Virus record (IMG/VR): IMGVR_UViG_3300022562_001644
Coordinates: 27,959 to 91,958 of that record
DNA from: a virus
DNA length: 64,000 nucleotides
Reading direction: 5' to 3' (one strand)
Of this stretch, positions 7,646-17,522 are shown piece after piece; position 1 is the first letter of the stretch; each line of letters opens with the position of its first letter. A model generated the notes under the pieces. The model searched no databases. It was not told the DNA's origin and saw only the letters and a program-made list of their open reading frames with translations. A program made the position numbers and the translations under genes.

Positions 7646-10480
7646 CTAGACGAGAAGGGTCAGCTTGATGTTGTTGAGTGGAATCGGAATGGAGATGTCG
7701 ATGTCGATCTCCACCGTATCCGGCGCGATATCGGACTCCTCGATCCTGGTCAGAGAGCCGCCGCGGAGCGGAGCTCCGATTCGAGCAACTCGTTGATCTA
7801 GCAGGAAAGTGATGCCGCTCTGCCCCCTGGTCTTGAGTAGGTCCAACAGACCGTCGGTGATGTTGTAAATACCCAGGAACGGGCGATAGAGGCGACGGAA
7901 GAATCGCGCGATGAGGTCGACGTTCTTCGTGACCGAGAACTCCTGGAAGTAGATCGTGGTCAGGTCGGTGGTCAACTGGTGGCGAACAATGAGAGCAGCG
8001 TCCGGCACTGGCTGAACGAAGATCATGTTGCCGCCGCCGGCGATAGTGTCGAGCTGGACGTCGCTGAAGATGTCATCCGAGTTCTCGCGACCAACGAATC
8101 CAGTCAGGGCAAGATTGGTGAAGCCCTGCTGGCTCGGCAGTCCGGCGGTTAGGCCAGAGAGAACCGGTGCAGCAAAGTACCCTGGGATGAGAGTTGCTTC
8201 GCCGTTGACCGACACGGCAAGCCTGTCCGGCCAGGTGTGAACGACACGGCGGCTTCCAAAGGAGCTCGCGTATCCGGCCAGGAAGTCCGCTTGCTCATTG
8301 AGCGAGAGGTCTTTCGTGATGCGGTACTCTACATCGGTAAGGGTGCCACCGAATCCAGCGGTCGGATCGGAGTCGAGGGTGATCTGAGACTCAGAGTCAA
8401 TCGATGCAATCGGATGACGAGTGCCAGTAATGAAGGCATCCTCGGTCGCATTTGGCGTGACCGACACGACATCGAGAGTCGTTAAGGTCGGAGTGGTGAG
8501 ACCGTTGAATTCCTCGGTGACCGGGACAGTGCTGTTGTCTGTCCGAACGACCGTAGAGGAGAGAACAGCCTCGATGATGTGATCGGCGTTGTTGGCGCCG
8601 TTGGTAGCACCAGCAACACGCAGCTTCCGACCGATGTCGTCATCAGTGAAGATCGCGCCGAGGATAGTCCACTGCCGGCTCGGTCCGTCGACGGAGTCGG
8701 AGACAGCATCGCGAGCAGGCTCACGATTGATGTCGTACAGGGTCGCCGCATGGCCGGCAAATGTTTCGTCAGCCCCGGGAACCTCGATGGTGGTGATGGT
8801 CGTAGAGCTGAGGACGTTTCCTACGGTGAAGACGCCGTCATTGAGCCCACCGACAGTTCCGGTGATGTACAGCAGGCGACCGATATCAGCCGGCGTGAAC
8901 GCGCCATTGGTGAAGGTCCAGGTCTTGGTGGCCTGGACAACATTGTCGACACCGTCATCGGTGGTGATGGCTCGAGCCAGGTCAACAATCCAGGCACGGG
9001 TGCCTGCGGCCATGAGCTCGGCGCCGCCCGGCGGAGTCGGGGTCACACCGACCTTCGCAGTGCTCACGATGGAGGCAATTGCGTAGGCGATATCATTGGC
9101 CGGGCTGGTCGCACCGCGGACCAGGATGGTTCTCCCGACGTCTGCGGCAACGAACTCGCCGTTGGTGATCTGGATTTCATCCGGGCCAGCGGTGAAGTAG
9201 TCTCGCTCGTCCGGAGTTACCGAACGCTGGACACCTTCAACAGCGGTGTACGAAATGATTTCCAGCAAGGAGCCAACAGTCACGTCATCGGTGATGAAGC
9301 TTCCGTTGTCTGGGTCGCGGAACTGAGTGTTTTCGGTTCCGGCGATTCCATTGCCGACGCCGGAGGATGTCTCGGTGCCAATCCCGCTGGGCGGGACAAG
9401 AACTTCGACTGTGCGAATCTTTCGGTTGAAGAAGCAGACCCTTTCCCTGCCGACGGTTGATACAGACATGCCTTCGACATGAGCCTTGGCGAGCTGGTGA
9501 ACGGCAGTGTTGTGGGTCATTACGGCAATGCCGTAGACGTCCTTGTTCTCAAGGAACTCCAGGGCGTCCTGCCAAGCCTGCTCTTCATTCGAGAGAAACC
9601 CTCCCCCCAGGCCAGTAAAGCTAACCTCGGTGGTGGTGTTCTGCAGGGCGAGGTTTACGCCGTAAGCGCCGACGTTCGAGGGAACAATGTTGCCAATCCC
9701 GAAGACGGCCTCAAGAGAGTCTAGGTCGGTGAATACCGTAAGGTCTCCGGCTAAGTCAGGTCGGAGAGCTCTCCAGGAGAGCAGAACGGTTCCCTCAACG
9801 ACAGGAAGAGGGGTCGCATCGTTGCTTTGAAGGCCGGGGAGGACGTCGACGCTGGTGGCGGTCTTGGTGATGCCGTTGGCAGCAAAGTCTTCTTCTGAGT
9901 ACTCTTCTTCCGCTCGGTACTCAAGGACTCGGTACTCGACGTTGGTTAGGGGAAGAGCACTCTTCCACTCGGCAGCGAGAACAAGGGTGTTGTCATCGGT
10001 CTTCCTGATAACAAGCTTACGCCCCTGGTCGGCTGGATCTATGCCAACTGCATCGATGATGTCGACGTAGAAGACGGGGGCACCCTCTGCGTCAGGATCG
10101 AACGATGAAAAGGCGCCAGCCGTGGCATCGGTGAAAAGATTTGGAGTGTCGAGGACTCCAGTAATCTTGCTGGCCGATGGCAGCGGGGGTTCTTTTACGA
10201 GGTAGACGTCCTGGAGCTTGAAGCCAACGCCCTTGTGGGCACTAGCCTCGGCTTCATCATCGGGAGCATCGCCGAGGTCAACAATTGCACCCACCTCGAG
10301 CCCGACATAGGGATACGAGGTGATGGAAAGGTTGTCCTCAGAGTAGACACCGGCGTTGACGTCGTCTTCGATTTGGTAAGCCGGTCCGGCTACCAATGCG
10401 GGAAGAGACGGAAGCGCAAGTGCGGCGGCGGCTTGCTGGAACTCTTGGATTACTTCAACTGCAGGTCGGCGATATGCCAT
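7646..10480 (-). CDS. tail sheath protein with inserted repeat domains
   Basis: MAYRRPAVEV start; sheath-type C-terminus (VRHQLTT..EFSVTKNVD..IPIPLNNIKLTL); 944 aa. Confidence 0.85.
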   Translation of the reverse strand: MAYRRPAVEVIQEFQQAAAALALPSLPALVAGPAYQIEDDVNAGVYSEDNLSITSYPYVGLEVGAIVDLGDAPDDEAEASAHKGVGFKLQDVYLVKEPPLPSASKITGVLDTPNLFTDATAGAFSSFDPDAEGAPVFYVDIIDAVGIDPADQGRKLVIRKTDDNTLVLAAEWKSALPLTNVEYRVLEYRAEEEYSEEDFAANGITKTATSVDVLPGLQSNDATPLPVVEGTVLLSWRALRPDLAGDLTVFTDLDSLEAVFGIGNIVPSNVGAYGVNLALQNTTTEVSFTGLGGGFLSNEEQAWQDALEFLENKDVYGIAVMTHNTAVHQLAKAHVEGMSVSTVGRERVCFFNRKIRTVEVLVPPSGIGTETSSGVGNGIAGTENTQFRDPDNGSFITDDVTVGSLLEIISYTAVEGVQRSVTPDERDYFTAGPDEIQITNGEFVAADVGRTILVRGATSPANDIAYAIASIVSTAKVGVTPTPPGGAELMAAGTRAWIVDLARAITTDDGVDNVVQATKTWTFTNGAFTPADIGRLLYITGTVGGLNDGVFTVGNVLSSTTITTIEVPGADETFAGHAATLYDINREPARDAVSDSVDGPSRQWTILGAIFTDDDIGRKLRVAGATNGANNADHIIEAVLSSTVVRTDNSTVPVTEEFNGLTTPTLTTLDVVSVTPNATEDAFITGTRHPIASIDSESQITLDSDPTAGFGGTLTDVEYRITKDLSLNEQADFLAGYASSFGSRRVVHTWPDRLAVSVNGEATLIPGYFAAPVLSGLTAGLPSQQGFTNLALTGFVGRENSDDIFSDVQLDTIAGGGNMIFVQPVPDAALIVRHQLTTDLTTIYFQEFSVTKNVDLIARFFRRLYRPFLGIYNITDGLLDLLKTRGQSGITFLLDQRVARIGAPLRGGSLTRIEESDIAPDTVEIDIDISIPIPLNNIKLTLLV

Positions 10481-10502
10481 CTAACGATCCTCCTGATGCA
10501 CG

Positions 10503-11189
10503 CTAGTGTGTGCCACTCCCGCTTGTCCGTACAACAATGTCTTGCAGCTTCTTGGAGTTATTCGGCCTCACGCTGTATCTCCGCTGCACCATGGCCTGAA
10601 TGGCGATGGGAACAACAGACATTTCTGGGCGTGAGTCGCTTTTTACGAGGGCTTCTTCCCCCATGTTCGTGGCCTCGACTTTGAAAAAGCCTAGATGATT
10701 CGGGACCATGATACCGCGTCTTGCGATTTTCCGCAGGACGTCTCGTAGCACCTGGAATCCCTCAAAAAGGTAGCCAGCAATGTCCTCGGCCTCGACGCCC
10801 TGGCGAGAGAAGCAAGAGAGAACTACAGACCCTCGAATGAGGTCGGTGTGAGTCCTGGTGTCGGTTCGCATGTCGATGGACTGGAGCTGTCGAAAACCGC
10901 TTGTACGCATCCACGCGAGGGGACCCCGATTGGCCACGATGGCCGGCTTGGAGCCAACCTGGTCGAGGTTGAATGCGTACTTATCCACAATCATTATCTG
11001 GGTTTTCTCCTGGTCTGGATCCCAGCAGATTCCCATCGGGTTGTTCTCGAGGAACATGAGCTGAGCAATTTCAAGGGCGTATGACTTGATGACCTGGTGC
11101 GCGCGCACGTACCGCCGCTGATCGTCATGGACGCTGCGGGCGTTGTCCTGAGAGACCTCAGGGGGAAGTACTGGTTGGTCGTCGCTCAT
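10503..11189 (-). CDS. tail completion/terminator protein (putative)
   Basis: Position immediately upstream of the sheath. Confidence 0.45.
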   Translation of the reverse strand: MSDDQPVLPPEVSQDNARSVHDDQRRYVRAHQVIKSYALEIAQLMFLENNPMGICWDPDQEKTQIMIVDKYAFNLDQVGSKPAIVANRGPLAWMRTSGFRQLQSIDMRTDTRTHTDLIRGSVVLSCFSRQGVEAEDIAGYLFEGFQVLRDVLRKIARRGIMVPNHLGFFKVEATNMGEEALVKSDSRPEMSVVPIAIQAMVQRRYSVRPNNSKKLQDIVVRTSGSGTH

Positions 11190-11707
11190 GTAGTCGGGTT
11201 CTCATCTTCGACTTCCTTCAAAGCCTCTTCGAAGGCGTCGCCCAGTCTATTCCTAACCGTGTTGGTTACGGTGTTTTTCATGGATTCGACGGAAGCCTTT
11301 TCTGACTGCTCACGGAAGATGTTCTCGAGCTCGATGCGACGGAATACGAGGTCCGATCGGCCATCTGACCGAGACCTGATTTCGGGGACTCCAGTGCTGG
11401 CCTCGAACAAAGACTCTACCGATACGGCATCGACCCCCTCAGACTTGTCATGTTGAGCCATCTTCGAGGTGGCCCCAAGAATTTCGCTGGCATTGTCGGA
11501 GGTAATAACGAAGCGATTCCCTTCCGTCTTAACCTTGACTGCTGCACCGGGAGCTCTGTTGAGCCCTGGATCTGCCTGAGTGTTCAGATCTCTCTCAATG
11601 TTCTTGCCGATCTTGTCGTTCACCCTCTGCAAAACGTCTTCGTAATTATCGAAGGCCGTCGACTTTCTCAGGTCGAATCTGAACCAGTTGTTGAAGTTCG
11701 TGCTCAT
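11186..11707 (-). CDS. hypothetical neck-region protein
   Basis: Translationally coupled ORF in the neck cluster. Confidence 0.55.
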   Translation of the reverse strand: MSTNFNNWFRFDLRKSTAFDNYEDVLQRVNDKIGKNIERDLNTQADPGLNRAPGAAVKVKTEGNRFVITSDNASEILGATSKMAQHDKSEGVDAVSVESLFEASTGVPEIRSRSDGRSDLVFRRIELENIFREQSEKASVESMKNTVTNTVRNRLGDAFEEALKEVEDENPTT

Positions 11708-11952
11708 GAGAGGCTGGAAAAGTTCGTCAGGTGATTGGGGGTGGTCAGCGGAGTTGGTGCCACATTGTATTGAGCGGTGGCGGTTAACTGCGGCTGGCCA
11801 GACTTGAGTCCAGTCCTTGCGCCTGATCCCTGTGTTGCATCCATCACGGACTGGATCGCAGACGCGAGGTCATATCCGGCCGGTCGCTCATGCTGAGGGT
11901 AAGCTGCTATCTTGATGAGCTCGTCGGCAAATCCGCGCATGAAGTGATTCAT
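11704..11952 (-). CDS. small tagged cargo protein
   Basis: Starts MNHFMRGFADELIKIAA. Confidence 0.7.
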   Translation of the reverse strand: MNHFMRGFADELIKIAAYPQHERPAGYDLASAIQSVMDATQGSGARTGLKSGQPQLTATAQYNVAPTPLTTPNHLTNFSSLS

Positions 11953-12827
11953 CAGAAAAGCCTCTCGTCCTTAATCTTCTCCCATTCTCGCACGATTTCA
12001 CGCAGCTCTGCGTCGTCAATCTTCTGGACGAGTCTTGTGTACTCAACCTGGTCGCGACCAATGCCATTGAGGCGGCAAATGTGCTGAATGGTTGTGCCCA
12101 TGGGCTGAATTGTGCGAACCGATGCGATTCGCCAAAGCGTGGCAGGCATGACCTCGTAGATGAGGTCCCCGGGTTTGACCTGAGGGTATGCGGAGAACCA
12201 GCAGTCTTTTTCTTTAGACTGGAGCTCGCCGAAGTCGGCTATCTGAACCAGCTTCTCGTCGGGGTTGTAGTCGACGAAGAATGGAATCGGATCGAAGTAT
12301 GGCCGCTGTCGCCCGGTGTTTAAGCACAGCGTGCAATCTGAGCGGTCCGATCTTCCAGTTGTCGGGTTGTAGCAGACGCACCTGGCCGACGAGATCGTCC
12401 GCTCGACGAAGGCAAACGATGGCTTGCCCTGGAGATACTGGAGGACGAAGTCGTGGCGACGGATGATCTCAAGCTCGTGGGGCCTGGGGCTCGTCTCCCA
12501 TGTACGAATCTCGGACAGGATGTCGCCGTTGGCCGTGGTTGCCCGAATTCGGTAGTAATACCTGCGCCACCAGTTGATAAGGTTCGCCGTGATGTCGACG
12601 TACTCATAGGATAGAACACCGCCCTGTCCAGCGATGCCGGTTTCGAGAACATCTATTTCATCGTCATCCGAGAAGCTCGGGGACTGAGATCGTTCGACGG
12701 CGAACTCAACTGTGTCGAGACCGCTGTGCTGGGTGACGAGATCCCATGAGACCAATATCCTCGCATTCCCGCTCGGCGGCGACTCGGGCTGAGCGATGAT
12801 TATGTCGAGCCGTTTGAAAGCGAGCAT
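11952..12827 (-). CDS. head closure/neck protein (putative)
   Basis: FN3-like N-terminal half; RCVC...CTLCLNTG Zn motif; PQVKPGDLI; neck position. Confidence 0.55.
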   Translation of the reverse strand: MLAFKRLDIIIAQPESPPSGNARILVSWDLVTQHSGLDTVEFAVERSQSPSFSDDDEIDVLETGIAGQGGVLSYEYVDITANLINWWRRYYYRIRATTANGDILSEIRTWETSPRPHELEIIRRHDFVLQYLQGKPSFAFVERTISSARCVCYNPTTGRSDRSDCTLCLNTGRQRPYFDPIPFFVDYNPDEKLVQIADFGELQSKEKDCWFSAYPQVKPGDLIYEVMPATLWRIASVRTIQPMGTTIQHICRLNGIGRDQVEYTRLVQKIDDAELREIVREWEKIKDERLF

Positions 12828-12831
12828 CGAC

Positions 12832-13308
12832 CTACCAGAAGTAATTGAGGATGGAGTATTCGGAGATCACGCCGCTGGCGAGCGAGCTGTTGATGTTCGC
12901 CGAGATCTTGAAGTTTTGCTTCTTCCGCTCGTACTCAGCCACGAACTGCGCAATCCAGCTCTGGTAAAGCTGGGTCTTGTCGAAGATACGGACGGAAACA
13001 CCGCCGGAGCTATATGCGAGCTCATTCCTCGATTGCAGAATGCCCTTGCTTCGGAGCACCTGGATAGTGGCTCCATATATCAGCAGGTACAGAGAGGGAA
13101 AGGTAGCAAGACCACTGGCACCCAGGAGGGGCGCCGTGATGTTGTAGTCGTCGATGGCCAAGTCGATTGCTAGATCGAGGTCCGTGTCCGTCGACTCTTC
13201 CCGTCGAATCAGCCGGTTGAGCTCGGGGGTATCATTGAGAAAGAGGCGAAGGAGCTTCCTTACTCGTTCGCGCTCGTTCTCTTCTGCGGTACCGGTTGTG
13301 GTTGCCAC
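12832..13308 (-). CDS. head-tail adaptor (putative)
   Basis: Helical, LRLFLNDT..RNELAYSSGGVSV; two genes downstream of the capsid gene. Confidence 0.55.
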   Translation of the reverse strand: MATTTGTAEENERERVRKLLRLFLNDTPELNRLIRREESTDTDLDLAIDLAIDDYNITAPLLGASGLATFPSLYLLIYGATIQVLRSKGILQSRNELAYSSGGVSVRIFDKTQLYQSWIAQFVAEYERKKQNFKISANINSSLASGVISEYSILNYFW

Positions 13309-13336
13309 TGACTAGCCTCCCGGCGGGTGCCGGCGA

Positions 13337-13798
13337 CTAGCCTTCCCCGCGCCTGTTACGACGCTTTTTCTTCGAGCTCGAGTCATCCTCGGAACTCGAA
13401 TCAGCATCGTCGGCGGAGGAAGACTCATCGCTGTCCGTTTCCTCCGCGGACGCAGCCTCGGCCTCAGCCAAGGCTTTTGCCTCGGCCTCAGCCTTCGCTT
13501 TCGCCAAAATCTCAGCCTTGGCTTTTTCCTTGGCTTCAGCCTCGGCCTTGGCCTTGGCGGCCCCGTCGTCCGAAGCCTGCTTAGCAGGCTCGGACTCGGG
13601 GAAGATCGGAGTAGGAGCGAACGAGCCCTCCTCGAGCTTCAGGACACCGGCGTCAACCAGAACCATGGTTCCCTTGTCCAGTCTGTTGACCGGACACTTG
13701 TCCCCTGGTTTCAGAAGTTTTCCGGCCTCAGTCAAGAAGACGTTTCGAGCACCCTTCTTGGATGAGGCGGAAATGTTTGTGACCCTGTACTTGAGCAT
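13337..13798 (-). CDS. hypothetical protein with AKAKAEAE low-complexity tail
   Basis: Follows the capsid gene; K/A/E repeats and an acidic then basic tail. Confidence 0.7.
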   Translation of the reverse strand: MLKYRVTNISASSKKGARNVFLTEAGKLLKPGDKCPVNRLDKGTMVLVDAGVLKLEEGSFAPTPIFPESEPAKQASDDGAAKAKAEAEAKEKAKAEILAKAKAEAEAKALAEAEAASAEETDSDESSSADDADSSSEDDSSSKKKRRNRRGEG

Positions 13799-13849
13799 GG
13801 CTTACGTTACGCTCCGTCCGGTACTTGCGTCAAGTGACGTGATGATCTC

Positions 13850-14743
13850 TTAGATCAGGGTCATCTTGGCGGCGGCACGGAGGTTTCCGTAGCCCATACC
13901 GACGTATTCCCAGGTCTGCCAGGAGACCATGTCAGCACGCTTCTCGATGTAGAACTTGGTGTCGTTCAGAATGTAGAAGTTGCCGAGGTATTTGGGGTCG
14001 GTGAAGATGTACAACGTTCCCGGGGGCACGATCGACGACTTGATCGTGACGACCAGCTTGTGGCCGAGGATGGTGTTGTACTTGTAGCCGTTGACCAGGA
14101 TCTCCGAGGCCAGCGGCGAGCCGATGACGGCCGACTCCTGGGTCATGAAGTCGTCCCAGTCCGCCTTGTGCATCAGGATGGTGCCAACGGCGAGCTCGTC
14201 GGTGTCGAGGGCCTTGAACAGTTTCACCAGGTTCTCGGAGGTGGCCGGGCCGGCAACCGCCGGGGCAACGTCCTTGCCGTTCGCGGCGATGACCGCGTCG
14301 GTGAACTCGATGAACTTTCCGTCCTCGATCTTCTGGATGTCCTTGACCGAGTTCTCCTCGATGACCTTGGTCACCGGGAAGTCGTAGGCCAGGAGCTCGG
14401 CTTCGTTCTTCTTGAACTTTTCCGATTCGATCTTGAAGAACGGAATCTCGTAGCGGTCGCCCTCGATGTACCGCTCGAACGCCTTGCCTCGGAAGTTCAC
14501 CGCGGCCGCCGAGCTCTGGGGCTCGATGTCGACGATCTTCACGAGGGTGTCGTGATTGACCGAACGCTGGCAGTCCGCCTTGGTGACGTATTCCGGGGGA
14601 AGAATCGAACGGGTGAACGAGACTTCGCGCAGGCGCTCGCGCACGAAAGCGCCACCCGCCTGAGCGGCCTTCTCGAGACCGTCGTTGGTGTCCAACCTGG
14701 AAATGAACAGGTTGTTAAAGGTTGCGGCATCAATCTGATCCAT
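13850..14743 (-). CDS. major capsid protein (HK97-fold, putative)
   Basis: 297 aa; strong SD and strong GC3 bias; HK97-like C-terminal pattern (ILGHKLVVT..VPPGTLYIF..GMGYGN); downstream of protease/scaffold genes. Confidence 0.75.
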   Translation of the reverse strand: MDQIDAATFNNLFISRLDTNDGLEKAAQAGGAFVRERLREVSFTRSILPPEYVTKADCQRSVNHDTLVKIVDIEPQSSAAAVNFRGKAFERYIEGDRYEIPFFKIESEKFKKNEAELLAYDFPVTKVIEENSVKDIQKIEDGKFIEFTDAVIAANGKDVAPAVAGPATSENLVKLFKALDTDELAVGTILMHKADWDDFMTQESAVIGSPLASEILVNGYKYNTILGHKLVVTIKSSIVPPGTLYIFTDPKYLGNFYILNDTKFYIEKRADMVSWQTWEYVGMGYGNLRAAAKMTLI

Positions 14744-14790
14744 GACTTTCTCCTATAGTCCTTGCTGGGTTGCCTTTGACTCAGCCGGGA

Positions 14791-15297
14791 CTATGCCGGC
14801 GACTCGTAGTGAAGGACGCCGTTCGCGACTTCAAGAACCCGGCCAACGGCCGCTTGAAGCTGCGCAACAGTGACAGCGCCGGGGTCGACGGCATCGAGCA
14901 TGCCCTTGCCGCCCTGGAAGGTGGCTACGAGCAGGTTGCCGGGGGCGAGGAAACCGGAGGCCGCATTGTACAGCTTGGTTTTCGCCTGGTAGGTGCCGGA
15001 CAGAAGGTCGACGGTGCCAGTGGCAAGCGCGTCGGCCTGGCCGTTGCAGGAATCATCCTGACGGTAGCGGGTCCACGACGCTTTCGCGCCGAGGGCCGGA
15101 GCAGCGAGGGTATCGCCAGCGTCCAGCTTGGCAGCCTGGGTTTCTCCGCCGGCGGAGACAGGCTTCAGCCATTCACCAACATCGATCTCGGCAGCCGGAT
15201 CGTTGATGGTCATGGGGTGACGAATGAGCTCGTCCATTCCTTTGACGAGTTCGAATTCGCGGGTAGTGCGAACATCTTTGGGTACGGGAAATGCCAT
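14791..15297 (-). CDS. capsid decoration/cement protein (putative)
   Basis: 168 aa, directly upstream of the capsid gene; AAGGAGG SD. Confidence 0.55.
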   Translation of the reverse strand: MAFPVPKDVRTTREFELVKGMDELIRHPMTINDPAAEIDVGEWLKPVSAGGETQAAKLDAGDTLAAPALGAKASWTRYRQDDSCNGQADALATGTVDLLSGTYQAKTKLYNAASGFLAPGNLLVATFQGGKGMLDAVDPGAVTVAQLQAAVGRVLEVANGVLHYESPA

Positions 15298-15318
15298 AGT
15301 TGACCTCCTTCAGGATCG

Positions 15319-16101
15319 TTATTCTTCCGCCAGCCTATGGAAGAAGGCTGCCGTGGCATCTTGGGGAACGCCTCCAGAAGAGGCAACTTTGCCGAAATCG
15401 GGCATGTCGACGTCGAGATTCAGAGCTTCTTCGACGACACGAAGATCTTTCTCCATAAGAGAAGCGATCTTTTCCTCGAACTCAGCGAAATTTTCAAACG
15501 GGGCAACCTTGCCTCGTTCCACCATGCTGAAAGCGAGCTTCACTGCATCATTGCGTCGCTGGACATGGTCGAGCATGTCGGCCGCCTGCTTCAGCAGAAC
15601 GTCTTTATCTTCCACTCGCTGTTCGTTGTCGTTTGCCATTTTCTCTCCGCCTGTCTTGTCTAGTTTCTCCGCAACGTACATTGTTGCCGCCAGCGGCGAT
15701 ACTACCTTGACTGCCTTCGAGATTGGGGCCGTTGCACTGTGAGTCTCATGTTCGATGAGTGCCCGATGCTTTGCCATTCCCATGGTACGCCGGGTGGGTA
15801 ATACGTCAACTTGGCGAAACATTTTCTTTGTGCCGAGCTCGCGCTCGAGCATCCGCCCCAGTTTCTCGTCGATGTTTTTGATGGGACGGTGGTACTTGTC
15901 GTACAAAGCACGATTGACGCGCTCCTTACCCTTGAGCTTTCGGGCACCTGCGAGGAGCGGCCATAGGAAAAGAGAGCCAGACCCCTCGTCCTTCATAGCC
16001 TGACGGCGTCCCTCTCGAACGATCTTACTCGTGCTCGGGCTATCCTTTGTGATGCGTCGAGCCAGGTCGCGCACCGTAGCCATTGCGCGACGGCGAGGCA
16101 T
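15319..16101 (-). CDS. scaffold-like protein (possible internal start 15639)
   Basis: C-terminal helical part with KQA/KLA/KIA/KVA sites; GGAGAG before the internal ATG 15639. Confidence 0.55.
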   Translation of the reverse strand: MPRRRAMATVRDLARRITKDSPSTSKIVREGRRQAMKDEGSGSLFLWPLLAGARKLKGKERVNRALYDKYHRPIKNIDEKLGRMLERELGTKKMFRQVDVLPTRRTMGMAKHRALIEHETHSATAPISKAVKVVSPLAATMYVAEKLDKTGGEKMANDNEQRVEDKDVLLKQAADMLDHVQRRNDAVKLAFSMVERGKVAPFENFAEFEEKIASLMEKDLRVVEEALNLDVDMPDFGKVASSGGVPQDATAAFFHRLAEE

Positions 16102-16104
16102 AAC

Positions 16105-16977
16105 CTAGCCGGTGATGATTACGGGACCGCGACCAGACTTCTGCTTGTCGCCGCCGCCAGAAAGCGCCCTGTGACCCATATATCCCGCGCCAGCGTAGAG
16201 AGCAGGTTTCTTCATGGCATTGAGCTGCTTGCTGGTGAGACCAACCTCAGACCCACCAATCGTTCCGCTGACGGCGTAGTTCTTGGTGGCTTTCTCGCCA
16301 GCCTGAGCTGCCTGCATGGGGACAGACTTTTTCAGGTCATCGAACCCTGGAACCTTTTTGAAGCTCGTGTTTGGCATCGAGGTAAGAAGATTCAGTGATG
16401 AATCGTCGCCGAGATTCCGCCTCATCCTGGATAGGATAGCCATTTTCTCTGCTTCACTGGCACCCTCGGCCCTTCTAAGAACATCCTGCCACTCGCGAAT
16501 GTTCTTGCTGCTGTAGGCCTGAGCCTTCTCAAGCTTTTGGCCGGCTCGACCGAACCTTTTGGTCGCTACAAATTCTCGGGCCCGACGGCCCACTCGCCCG
16601 AAGACAGCCTGTTTCTCGAGAAACTCAGCAACCTCATGCGGGCTATGGCCAGCGTCAAGGGCAGCTTTGATGAAAGCTGCTTCCTTGGAGCCAAACTGCG
16701 CGGCCACCTTCACCGACCCTGGAGAGGAGTCTTCGATTTCTCGAAGCTCGGACAGAGTCCGGCCAATGATGGCGACCGCAGCAGTTTTCTCGACCAGTTC
16801 CTGCTGGTTCGACGAAACGACCTCTTCGGGGGTCGCCTCTGCAGCACGACGACACCGCTCGGCCAGTTTCTGAAGATCAGGTCCCTGGCTTTTTGCGGCG
16901 GCTTGTTTTTTCAAGCTGCCACCGGAGAGCTCGCTGACTCCGGTGACATCAAGAAGTTGATCGAGTGTGTAGCCCAT
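16105..16977 (-). CDS. processed head/cargo protein
   Basis: Multiple K-x-A sites (KKQA, EKTA, VKVA, EKQA); Gly-rich C-terminal segment. Confidence 0.65.
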   Translation of the reverse strand: MGYTLDQLLDVTGVSELSGGSLKKQAAAKSQGPDLQKLAERCRRAAEATPEEVVSSNQQELVEKTAAVAIIGRTLSELREIEDSSPGSVKVAAQFGSKEAAFIKAALDAGHSPHEVAEFLEKQAVFGRVGRRAREFVATKRFGRAGQKLEKAQAYSSKNIREWQDVLRRAEGASEAEKMAILSRMRRNLGDDSSLNLLTSMPNTSFKKVPGFDDLKKSVPMQAAQAGEKATKNYAVSGTIGGSEVGLTSKQLNAMKKPALYAGAGYMGHRALSGGGDKQKSGRGPVIITG

Positions 16978-17019
16978 CTACATTTCCCCTGTGGGATGAG
17001 GTTTACCCTCGGTAATCCC

Positions 17020-17475
17020 CTAGCCGGGGTAGTGCTTAGAGATCAGGTGAGAGACGTAAGAAGGGTCTTCGGCCATGCGCTCGAGGATTGCAGCCTTGAT
17101 GGAGGCCTTCTTCTCGGACTCTTCGCCGCCCTTGTCTTCCTCGCCTTCACTCTTGGCTTTAGTTTCCTCGTCCTTTTTCTCGGACTCGGAAGACTTCTCG
17201 CCTCGAGCTTTCGCCATGAGGGCGGCGACGGCTTTCTCTTTCTCGCCTTCGCTCGCCTCAGGCATTTCCTCTTCCATCGCCTCTTTGACCAGATCGGCCA
17301 TGACGTGATGGGCGAGAACTCGACCAATGTGGTCGTAGTCCTGTGCTTGCTTGATCAGCTCAGCGTCGACATTCGAGAAGTCGGCTCCGTACTGAGCGGA
17401 AGCCTGCGCCTGGGCTTCTTTGACGTGGTCTTGCTCATTGAGCGCCACGAACACTTCTTTGAGTGAGTTCATCAT
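17020..17475 (-). CDS. acidic scaffold-like protein
   Basis: SLKEVF..VKEA..IKQAQDYDHIGRVLA..DLVKEA; paralogous motifs with 17523 and 20829. Confidence 0.65.
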   Translation of the reverse strand: MMNSLKEVFVALNEQDHVKEAQAQASAQYGADFSNVDAELIKQAQDYDHIGRVLAHHVMADLVKEAMEEEMPEASEGEKEKAVAALMAKARGEKSSESEKKDEETKAKSEGEEDKGGEESEKKASIKAAILERMAEDPSYVSHLISKHYPG

Positions 17476-17522
17476 CTTCTCCGGGGTTCAGTTGGAAATA
17501 ACGGTCGGGGAAAACCCCAGGC

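Noticed and set aside
13440-13560. Nucleotide repeats GCCTCGGCCTCAGCC / GCCTTG
   Set aside because: Explained by the AKAKAEAEAK low-complexity protein segment.
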